A stretch of 64,000 bases of DNA from Alphaproteobacteria bacterium. GTDB lineage: Bacteria; Pseudomonadota; Alphaproteobacteria; UBA828. This document shows positions 56,006-64,000 of the stretch, one piece after another. The stretch is taken from the NCBI GenBank assembly GCA_963422645.2, contig CAXXVO010000007.1:320001-384000 (forward strand), given 5' to 3'. The notes beneath the pieces are model-generated. The model was not told the DNA's origin and ran no database searches. It saw only the letters and a list, made by a program, of their open reading frames with translations. How positions within the stretch are numbered: position 1 is the stretch's first letter; every line of letters begins with the position of its first letter. Both the position numbers and the translations under genes were made by a program.

Positions 56006-57330
56006 CACTAGTGTCCCATTAAAACTACAATAGAATCAGTTGCTTATCTTCGCGGCTCTGGCCCACCGGGAGTGCCTTATGCGTAAGTAGCGCATTGAGC
56101 GGGATTTTTTCGAACAGGGTGAGGCTCAGGGTCTGTAGAATTGTGTAGAGGCTGGCATCGAGTCTCAACCTCTTCTTGATGATGGCAATCAGGACGTAGA
56201 CGGAGACTGCGATCCAGATTTGGGTCTTTACGGCATTTTCGGAGGTGCCGAAGAAGGCCTTGATGCGGAGGTTTTGCTTGATCCATTTGAAGAAGAGTTC
56301 GACCTGCCAGCGATAGCGGTAGAGCTCTGCGACGGTGAGGGGCGGAACAGCGAAGTTGTTGGTCAGGAAGTTGAAGGTCTTGTTGGTTTCAGTATCCTTG
56401 TAGCCGACCCTGCGGAGCGGCTTTGGGTAGCGGCTTTTGCTCGCCTTTCCGGTCAGGACGATGGTTTGATCGCAACGCAGTCCGGCGTCTTTGTCGACGG
56501 TACGGGAGTATTGGCGCCGGTATTTCGTGTTGGCCTTTGCGCGGATGACGAAGAAGCTTCCCGCCATATCCAGGGCGTTGAGGCGCTTGAAGTCGAGGTA
56601 GGCGCGATCCATGATGTAGAAGGCGCCGGGCTCCGGAATGATGATGTCCAGGACATTCACATCGCCGAGCTTGCCGTCGGAGATGTGAATGAAGGCCGGG
56701 ATACTGCCCTGCAAGTCAAGGAGAGTGTGAAGCTTGACGGCCGACTTGGTTGAGCGGAACAGAGCCCAGGGGAAGACCGACAGGCACAGATCGATGGTCG
56801 ACGCGTCGAGAGCGTACACGGTATTGTCGAGTTGAAGACCGAGGTCCTCGCCGGCATAGAGTGGGCGTGCGATGTCGATCAGTTCCTGGGCGAACTCGGC
56901 ATAGATGCGCCAGTCGCGTTGCGCGTTGGCGTTCGCTAAAGTGTTGCGCGAGACCGGTCCCCGAATTCCCATGTGATAAAGCTTGTTATTCTGGGCACGC
57001 AGACAAATCTCGATGTCGCGCAGGCTTTCTCGATAGGACAATTGTGCGAAGGCCATGCAGAAAAACTGGCTCAGGCATGAGAACGATTTGACGTACCGAT
57101 TACCATCGTATTGTTCGACGCATTTGCGGAACGAATGCAGGGGCAGATGGTCCATCACCTGCGAGAAGACAAGTTGTCCCGTGGACATGACCGGGCTCCC
57201 TCTGGATCGGAGAACCCAGCCTCGGCACTCGCGCCGGCCACTTCAAGTCGGTAACAGCGCGAAATGGCGCTTAATCGCGCTTTGTCAATAACTTAACAAG
57301 GGTCTCTCCAATTTTCTTGGGACACTAGTG
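56006..57330 (-). mobile_element. IS4 family element
   Basis: IR CACTAGTGTCCCA. 9-bp target duplication ATTGAGAGA (55997-56005 and 57331-57339). Confidence 0.96.
56025..57188 (-). CDS. IS4 family transposase (intact)
   Basis: ALDAST, IMDRAY and YRYRWQVELFFKWIKQ (YREK signature). Confidence 0.96.
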   Translation of the reverse strand: MSTGQLVFSQVMDHLPLHSFRKCVEQYDGNRYVKSFSCLSQFFCMAFAQLSYRESLRDIEICLRAQNNKLYHMGIRGPVSRNTLANANAQRDWRIYAEFAQELIDIARPLYAGEDLGLQLDNTVYALDASTIDLCLSVFPWALFRSTKSAVKLHTLLDLQGSIPAFIHISDGKLGDVNVLDIIIPEPGAFYIMDRAYLDFKRLNALDMAGSFFVIRAKANTKYRRQYSRTVDKDAGLRCDQTIVLTGKASKSRYPKPLRRVGYKDTETNKTFNFLTNNFAVPPLTVAELYRYRWQVELFFKWIKQNLRIKAFFGTSENAVKTQIWIAVSVYVLIAIIKKRLRLDASLYTILQTLSLTLFEKIPLNALLTHKALPVGQSREDKQLILL

Positions 57331-57345
57331 ATTGAGAGATCACAT

Positions 57346-59250
57346 CTAGTTCTGCTGACCGAAGAGGGCGGTGAGCGTGCCCTGGTTGACCGAGATCTCG
57401 TGCCGGCTGTAGAGCGCCGTGCGGTAGGCGTCGGTGAGGTCGCTGCGCCATGCGCGCGAAAGCTGGTCGCGCAGGCGGTCGCGCTCCTCGCCGGTCGTGC
57501 CCCGTCCGGCAGCGGTGACGCGGGTGAGCACCGCAACGCCCCAGCCATCCGCGGTTTCCGCGACGATCGGCTCGCGATTCTCCTCGTTACGCTCGAATAT
57601 CCCCCGGATCAGCGCGAAGGAGGCATCCGGGCTGGCACCCCGCCCATCGCGCCGCACATTGTCGAGGGTCGTCACGGCGAGACCCGCGTCCCGGGCGGCT
57701 GCGGTGAGGTTCTCGCCGACCCTGACCCGGTCGGCCAGCGCGTTCGCCACGCGCTCCGCCGCTTCCTTCTCCTCCTCGCGCATGAGCGCCGAACGCACCT
57801 GGGTGCGCACCTCCTCCAGGGGCCTGGGCGCGGGCAGCACCACCTCGTCCACGCGCAGGATGGCGAAGCTGCCGTCGCCAAGCTCGGTGAGAAGCGATTC
57901 CTGACCCTCCACCGTCTCGAACACGAGCGTGAGGATATTGTCCCGCTCGCTCAACTCGACGAGCACCGGGGTGCCTCCCCGGTCGAGCCCGGTGCGCGTG
58001 ACGCCGTTGAGGATGATCGGCTCGACGCCGACCGCCGCAGCGCCCATCTCCAGCGAGGCGCCGCCGCCGAGCTCGTCTTCCAGTACCGTGGAGAGGCGGA
58101 AGAGCCCGGCGCCGGCCAGGTCGAGCGCCATCTCGTCGTGCAGCTCCTGCTTCACTTCCTCGAAGCTCAGGCGCCGCGCGAGCTCCACCTTCTCCACCTT
58201 GAAGAGATGCCAGCCGAAGGCGGTCTGGACCGGCTCGCTGACCGAGCCTTCGGAGAGGCGGAAGACCGCCTCGCTCGCTGCCTTGAGCGGGCCGTCGGCC
58301 TCGAAATTGGGGATGGGTAGCACCGAGGCCCCTCGCCTCTCCAGATCGTCGGCGACGATGTCGAAGTCCTCGCCTTCCTTGAGCCTCTGGGCGCCGTCCC
58401 GGATCAGCGCCTCGTCCTGGGCGTTGATCTGGATGACCCCGCGCCGCTCCGGCATCTCGAACTCGTCGATCCGCGCCTCGTATTCGGCATAGACATCCTC
58501 GTCGCTCAGCTCGATCTCCGAGACCATGTCTTCGGCGGTGAGCTGCACGAGCACCGCGCTGCGCCGCTCGGGCGCCATGAAGGATGCCGTGTTCGCCTCG
58601 TAGTAGGCTTGGACGGCGGTCTCTCCCGGCTCGGCAAGGCCGGCCAAACCGCGGGCGGGGATCAGCGCGAGCTGGGCGCTTCGCTCCTCGGCCCGGTAGC
58701 GGTGGACGGCGTCGATGAGCGACTCCGGAACCTTGCGGTCGCCGCCGACGGCACTCAGGATCTGGTCGCGGAGCAGGTCGATGCGGATCAGATCCTCGTA
58801 CTCGGCCCGCGTCATGTTGTTGCGCTCGAGCACGAGATCGTAGAGCTCGGGGTCGAATCTGCCCTGCTCGTTGCCGAAGGCCGGTGAGGACTGGAGCTCC
58901 CGCATCACGCTGGCGTCCGCCGCGCGCAGCCCGAGCCTGGCCGCTTCGGCGTCCAGCAGATACTCGCGCACGAGCAGGTTGAGCACCTGGCCCGTAAGCC
59001 CGGCCTGGTGGGCCTCGTCGCGGGTGAGATCGGGGCGGCCGGAACGCTCCCGCTCGCGCTGCAGGGCGCGCTGGAACTGGCGGTCGAACAGGACCGTGGG
59101 GACGTCGACCTCGCCCACAGTCGCGACCGCAGAGCGGCTGCCGCCGGTGAACACGTCGTTGATGCCCCAGGCCCCGAAGCTCAGCGCCAGGACAATGATG
59201 ACGGCGCGGCTCGCCCACGACTTGGTGGCCTGGCGCATGGATCGCAGCAT
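57346..59250 (-). CDS. ppiD: PpiD-like periplasmic chaperone / peptidylprolyl isomerase
   Basis: N-terminal TM LSFGAWGI, SurA-N-type domain and VSEPVQTAFGWH rotamase motif. Divergent from tpiA. Confidence 0.87.
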   Translation of the reverse strand: MLRSMRQATKSWASRAVIIVLALSFGAWGINDVFTGGSRSAVATVGEVDVPTVLFDRQFQRALQRERERSGRPDLTRDEAHQAGLTGQVLNLLVREYLLDAEAARLGLRAADASVMRELQSSPAFGNEQGRFDPELYDLVLERNNMTRAEYEDLIRIDLLRDQILSAVGGDRKVPESLIDAVHRYRAEERSAQLALIPARGLAGLAEPGETAVQAYYEANTASFMAPERRSAVLVQLTAEDMVSEIELSDEDVYAEYEARIDEFEMPERRGVIQINAQDEALIRDGAQRLKEGEDFDIVADDLERRGASVLPIPNFEADGPLKAASEAVFRLSEGSVSEPVQTAFGWHLFKVEKVELARRLSFEEVKQELHDEMALDLAGAGLFRLSTVLEDELGGGASLEMGAAAVGVEPIILNGVTRTGLDRGGTPVLVELSERDNILTLVFETVEGQESLLTELGDGSFAILRVDEVVLPAPRPLEEVRTQVRSALMREEEKEAAERVANALADRVRVGENLTAAARDAGLAVTTLDNVRRDGRGASPDASFALIRGIFERNEENREPIVAETADGWGVAVLTRVTAAGRGTTGEERDRLRDQLSRAWRSDLTDAYRTALYSRHEISVNQGTLTALFGQQN

Positions 59251-59515
59251 CGCGGAACCCGTCGCATGGTGGAGGCGCCCCCAAGTCAGCGCGGGGCGCG
59301 CGTTGCGCCGGATAATAGGAGCGGCCGGGCACACCGGGCAACACGCAACCTGCCGCTCCCTTCGCACGGCTCCGTGACCCCAACGGGAGTCGACAGCCTG
59401 CCCGGTGCTGCTGGTCCACGGTCGCGGGGCGTGATAGAGCATGGCGCTCTCGCCCGCCCTGCACGCCTTTGCGCCGGGGACGAGGCGCCCATGCCCACAA
59501 CCGCCGCCCGCGCAC

Positions 59516-60268
59516 ATGCCGCCCCGCCCGCTCTTCGTGGCCAACTGGAAGATGAACGGCCTCCATGCCGACGGGCTCGTGCGCGCCAGTGCGCTCGCGG
59601 CTCACGCAGCGACGGGCGAGTGCGGCGGCGATATCGTGGTCTGCCCGCCGGCGACGCTGCTCTTCGCGCTCCGGGCCGTGTTCTCGGGCTCGGAGATCGC
59701 GCTCGGCGGCCAGGATTGCCACGCCGCGGCGGAAGGCGCCCACACCGGCGACGTGGGCGCGCCGATGCTGGCCGACGGGGGCTGCACGCACGTCATCGTC
59801 GGCCACTCCGAGCGCCGCGCCGGCCACGGCGAGGATGACGAGAGGGTGGCGGCCAAGGCGGCGGCGGCCCATGCGGCGGAGCTTGCGGCGATCGTCTGCG
59901 TGGGCGAGAGTGCGGCCGAGCGCAATGCCGGGCGCGCGCTTGCCGTGATCGGCCGTCAGGTCGAGGGCTCGCTGCCCGCGAGCGCCACGCCCGACAACAC
60001 CGCGATCGCCTACGAGCCGCTCTGGGCCATCGGCAGCGGCCGCACGCCGGGCCCGGCCGATATCGAGGCGGCGCACGCGGAGGTGCGTGCCGGCTGGGAA
60101 GGGCGATTTTCGGGAGGCGGTGCGGCGCTTCGCGTGCTATATGGCGGCTCCGTCACGGCGCGGAACGCAGGCGAGATCCTGACCGCGCCGGGGGTAGACG
60201 GCGTTCTGGTCGGCGGAGCAAGCCTTTCTGCGGACGCGTTCTGGCAGATTTGCCAGTCGTGCGCCTGA
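59516..60268 (+). CDS. tpiA: Triosephosphate isomerase
   Basis: ANWKMN, VGHSERR, AYEPLWAIG, LYGGSV and VGGASL. Confidence 0.97.
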   Translation: MPPRPLFVANWKMNGLHADGLVRASALAAHAATGECGGDIVVCPPATLLFALRAVFSGSEIALGGQDCHAAAEGAHTGDVGAPMLADGGCTHVIVGHSERRAGHGEDDERVAAKAAAAHAAELAAIVCVGESAAERNAGRALAVIGRQVEGSLPASATPDNTAIAYEPLWAIGSGRTPGPADIEAAHAEVRAGWEGRFSGGGAALRVLYGGSVTARNAGEILTAPGVDGVLVGGASLSADAFWQICQSCA

Positions 60269-60301
60269 GCCCGTGCGGGAGATAGAGACTGAGGAGCGGT
60301 A

Positions 60302-60676
60302 GTGGAAACGATCCTTCTCGTGATCCTGATCGTCATCGCAATCACGATGATCGGTCTCGTGCTGCTCCAGCGGAGCGAGGGCGGCGCGCTCGGCATCGGC
60401 GGTCCCGGCGCTATGTTCTCGGCGCGCGGCACCGCGAACCTGCTGACGCGCGCCACCGCGGGGCTGGCCGCGGCCTTCATGATCATGAGTCTGGTGCTCG
60501 CCATCCTCTCCGGCAGCTGGTCGGATCGGGACTCGGTGCTGGATACCGCGGAGGAGGAGCAGCTCGCCATCGAGGCAGAGCCGCTGGTGCTGCCGGGCGA
60601 GCTCGACCTGCCCACCGATATCGAGCCGCTGGACCTCCCGGGCGACGATAGCCCGGCCGTCCCCCGCGCAGAGTGA
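60302..60676 (+). CDS. secG: Preprotein translocase subunit SecG
   Basis: VLLQRSEGGALG...ANLLTRAT, two TM segments and synteny. Confidence 0.95.
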   Translation: METILLVILIVIAITMIGLVLLQRSEGGALGIGGPGAMFSARGTANLLTRATAGLAAAFMIMSLVLAILSGSWSDRDSVLDTAEEEQLAIEAEPLVLPGELDLPTDIEPLDLPGDDSPAVPRAE

Positions 60677-60808
60677 CGCATCGCGCCGTCTTGACGGCGC
60701 TCTCGACATCGTAGGGCACCGCAGCCCCTGACGGGGTCGGTGGGGGCTGCCCAAATAATTTGCAAGTGGGTGGTGACGACTCGGGCGCGTTTGATAAGGT
60801 AGCGGTCC

Positions 60809-62437
60809 ATGACCCGGTACATCTTCGTCACCGGCGGCGTGGTGTCCTCCCTCGGCAAGGGCCTGGCTTCGGCGGCGCTCGGCGCGCTCCTCCAGGCGAG
60901 GGGCTATCGGGTTCGGCTCCGCAAGTTCGACCCCTACCTCAACGTCGATCCGGGCACCATGAGCCCCTTTCAGCACGGCGAGGTCTACGTCACCGACGAT
61001 GGCGCTGAGACCGACCTCGACCTCGGGCACTACGAGCGCTTCACCGGCGTGCCGGCACGCCGCAGCGACAGCGTCACCGCGGGCCAGATCTATCAGACCG
61101 TGATCGCGAGGGAGCGCCGGGGCGACTACCTCGGCGGCACGGTGCAGGTCATCCCCCACGTCACCGACGCGATCAAGGAGGCCATCGTCCGGGATAGCGA
61201 TGGCGCCGACTTCGTGCTGGTCGAGATCGGCGGCACGGTGGGCGATATCGAGGGCCTGCCCTTCTTCGAATCGATCCGCCAGTTCGCCTACGAGCACGGG
61301 CGGGACAAGGTGATGTTCATCCATCTGACCCTGGTGCCCTACATCGACACCGCCGGCGAGCTGAAGACCAAGCCCACCCAGCACTCGGTGAAGGAGCTGC
61401 GCAGCATCGGCATCGCACCCGATCTGCTGCTCTGCCGGGCGAACCGCCCGATCTCCGAGGCCGAGTGCGCGAAGATCGCGCAGTTTTGCAACGTGCGCGA
61501 AGACAACGTGATCGCCGCGACTGACGTGGAGACCATCTACCAGGTGCCGCTCAGCTATCACGCGCAGGACTTCGACACTCAGGTCATGCGCTACTTCGGG
61601 ATCGCCGATGCGCCGGCGCCCGATCTCTCCGGCTGGGAGAGGATCGTCAAGCGCACGCTTACGCCGGAGGGCGAGGTGGCGATCGCGGTGGTCGGCAAGT
61701 ACACCGGGCTGCGCGATGCCTACAAGTCGCTCTTCGAGGCGCTCACGCATGGCGGGGTCGCAAACAGCGTGCGCGTGGATACCCGCTGGATCGAGGCCGA
61801 CGACCTGGAGGCCAACGGCACGACAGGCGCGCTGGAATCCGTGCACGGCGTCCTGGTGCCGGGCGGCTTCGGCGAGCGCGGCGTGCCCGGCAAGATCGCC
61901 GCGGTGGAATATGCGCGCACGCGAGGCGTCCCCTACTTCGGCATCTGCTTCGGCATGCAGCTCGCGGTGATCGAGACCGCGCGCAACGTCGCCGGGATCG
62001 CCGGTGCCGATTCCACCGAATTCGGCCCCTGCGACGAGCCGGTGATCGGGCTGATGACCGAGTGGGACCGGGACGGCGAGGTGGAGCGGCGCAATGCGGG
62101 CGACAACCTCGGCGGCACCATGCGGCTCGGCGCCTACGAAGCCGTGCTCGCGGAAGGCACCCGCGTGCGCTCGGTCTATGGCGCAGAGCGCATCTTCGAG
62201 CGCCACCGCCATCGCTACGAGTTCAACATCGGCTATCGCGAGCGGCTGTGCGACGCGGGCATGGAGGTGGCGGGCCTCTCGCCCGACGGCTCGCTCGCGG
62301 AAATCGTCGAACGCCCCGGTCATCCCTGGTTCGTGGGCGTCCAGTTCCACCCCGAGCTCACCTCGCGCCCCTTCGAGCCGCATCCGCTCTTCGCCTCCTT
62401 CATCGGGGCGGCGGTCAGGCAGGCGCGGCTTGTCTAA
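60809..62437 (+). CDS. pyrG: CTP synthase
   Basis: [18 protein letters not shown] and QFHPE. Confidence 0.98.
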   Translation: MTRYIFVTGGVVSSLGKGLASAALGALLQARGYRVRLRKFDPYLNVDPGTMSPFQHGEVYVTDDGAETDLDLGHYERFTGVPARRSDSVTAGQIYQTVIARERRGDYLGGTVQVIPHVTDAIKEAIVRDSDGADFVLVEIGGTVGDIEGLPFFESIRQFAYEHGRDKVMFIHLTLVPYIDTAGELKTKPTQHSVKELRSIGIAPDLLLCRANRPISEAECAKIAQFCNVREDNVIAATDVETIYQVPLSYHAQDFDTQVMRYFGIADAPAPDLSGWERIVKRTLTPEGEVAIAVVGKYTGLRDAYKSLFEALTHGGVANSVRVDTRWIEADDLEANGTTGALESVHGVLVPGGFGERGVPGKIAAVEYARTRGVPYFGICFGMQLAVIETARNVAGIAGADSTEFGPCDEPVIGLMTEWDRDGEVERRNAGDNLGGTMRLGAYEAVLAEGTRVRSVYGAERIFERHRHRYEFNIGYRERLCDAGMEVAGLSPDGSLAEIVERPGHPWFVGVQFHPELTSRPFEPHPLFASFIGAAVRQARLV

Positions 62438-63394
62438 GAGTTTGAATCATAAGTCATTATTGTAGATTTTTTGTTGTTTATCAGGTGTTTATCTCGCGCG
62501 CGACCCTGCGCATCAGAAAGCGGCATGCGGCCAGCCTCGCCCATGCCAGGGAACTCGCTTCGTTCCGTTCGAAGTCCTTTGCCAAACGTCGGCAGCGACC
62601 CATCCAGGCGAACGTTCGTTCCACGACCCAGCGCCGGTGGAGAACGGTGAAGGCCTTGATCTGCCGGGGCTTTTCGACGATCTCGACGAGCTCCGACACA
62701 CCCCGTCGGGCCAGGGCATCGCGCAGCTTGGGTCCGCCGTAGCCGCCGTCGGCAAACACCTTCGAGACCTCGGGTGCCTTGCGCAGCAGCCCCACAATCA
62801 CCTCCGGTGCCGCGTCCCTGTCCTGAACCGCGGCGCTGTGCACCGCAAGGACAATCGGCGAGCCCTCGGTGTCCACCGTCAGGTGACGCTTGCGGCCCTT
62901 GATCTTCTTGGCCGCATCGTAGCCCGAAGGGCCGCCGCTTTCCGTCGTCTTCACGCTCTGACTGTCGATCACGGCGGCCGTGGGGTGAACGGAGCGGCCC
63001 GACAGACGGCGCGCCCGGTCCCGCAACGCGTCGAGCATGCGCTCCAGAACGCCGCCGCGCGACCACGCATAGAAGTAGTTCTGAACCGTCGAAAAGGGCG
63101 GATAACAAGGCGGTATCAGACGCCACTGGCAGCCCGACGCTGAGCATGTACTGGATCGCATCGAACACACGGCGCAGATCCGTCGAGCGAGGCCGACCCA
63201 TCCGGCCCTGCTCCGGAAGCAGCGGCGCAATCAGAGCCCACTCCTCGTCGCTCACATTGTTTTGTCGATAGTCATGCGCTCGTCTATAGTTCACCTGGGT
63301 GGCCTCAGTCCAAGCCACGGTACCCTCCATATCGGTCTCAACACCCGAACAGGTACCATGTCTTGAGGCCACCCCCGACTTTAGGAACAAGCTC
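62438..63394 (-). mobile_element. IS5 family element (IS1031-like)
   Basis: Imperfect IRs GAGTTTGAATCATAA / GAGCTTGTTCCTAAA. TAA duplicated at 62435-62437 and 63395-63397. Confidence 0.9.
62481..63318 (-). pseudogene. IS5 transposase, frameshifted near 63135
   Basis: SDEEWALIAPLL...FDAIQYML is in one frame. GCQWR...IDSQSVK...ADGGY...RWVVERTF is in another. Confidence 0.85.
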
Positions 63395-63415
63395 TAAGAG
63401 CGAAACGAGGGCGAT

Positions 63416-64000
63416 GTGAGCGAGACGCCCGCCGATGGCCGGGTGGCGATCGGCGATTTCGAGGTCGGCAACACCCTGCCGCTCGCACTCATCGCGGGCC
63501 CCTGCGCGATCGAAGGGCGCGACCATGCGCTCCGGGTCTCGGAGACACTGGTCGAGATGACGGCGGCCAGAGACATGCCCTTCGTCTACAAAAGCTCCTT
63601 CGACAAGGCGAACCGCACCTCGGCCGGGAGCCCGCGCGGCATCGGGATCGACGAGGGACTCGCGATCATGGAGGCGGTGCGCGCCGCTCACGGTTGCCCG
63701 GTGCTGACCGACGTGCACCTGCCGGAGCAGTGCGCGGCGGTGGCGCAGGCGGTCGACGTGCTCCAGATTCCGGCCTTCCTCTGCCGCCAGACCGACCTGC
63801 TGCTGGCGGCAGCGGCGACCGGCACGGCCATCAACGTGAAGAAGGGCCAGTTCCTCGCGCCCTGGGACATGCGCCACGTGGTGGCGAAGATCACCGGCGC
63901 CGGCAACCGCCGGGTGCTGGTGTGCGAGCGGGGCGCGAGCTTCGGCTACAACACGCTGGTCTCGGACATGCGGAGCCTGCCGCTGCTGGCGCAGACCGGC
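63416..64000 (+). CDS. kdsA: KDO 8-phosphate synthase (runs off window)
   Basis: LIAGPCAIE, KSSFDKANRTS, LQIPAFLCRQTDL, NVKKGQF and CERGASFGYN. Confidence 0.96.
   Translation, partial: MSETPADGRVAIGDFEVGNTLPLALIAGPCAIEGRDHALRVSETLVEMTAARDMPFVYKSSFDKANRTSAGSPRGIGIDEGLAIMEAVRAAHGCPVLTDVHLPEQCAAVAQAVDVLQIPAFLCRQTDLLLAAAATGTAINVKKGQFLAPWDMRHVVAKITGAGNRRVLVCERGASFGYNTLVSDMRSLPLLAQTG

Overview
High-GC alphaproteobacterial chromosome segment, judged from the trxB-lysR and ppiD-tpiA-secG-pyrG-kdsA synteny, and heavily invaded by mobile DNA. (1) There are five copies of one 2,515-bp IS with perfect 17-bp TCAGACTTCCTGACCTC inverted repeats. Four of them sit in two head-to-tail dimers joined by 3-bp spacers. 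The four undeleted copies share one frameshift, and the fifth is an in-frame internal deletion. (2) A ~20-kb nest of mobile elements (22.1-42.3 kb) holds an IS66 carrying a DNA adenine methyltransferase inside its end, and an IS1595 with passenger genes. The IS1595 transposase is split by an 8,549-bp TG...CA element with a 5-bp target duplication and repeated end sites. This element is best read as a transposable (Mu-like) phage remnant, apparently gutted by IS21, that retains tail-tip genes with a (Pro-Thr)18 linker next to a 2OG-Fe(II) oxygenase. (3) The flanking catabolic genes include N,N-dimethylformamidase-like alpha/beta subunits, LLM oxidoreductases, hydantoinase B, twin isochorismatase-family hydrolases, an amidase, CobW, a cyclase and an amidohydrolase. 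(4) There are several unannotated non-coding signals: a six-hairpin sRNA behind the LsrB/VtlR-like regulator, a sense/antisense promoter pair, phased GGGAT repeats and a structured RNA candidate at ~55.8 kb. A 121-bp subtilase active-site fragment is also inserted into an EamA gene. All calls come from reading the sequence and recognising motifs; no database searches were run.
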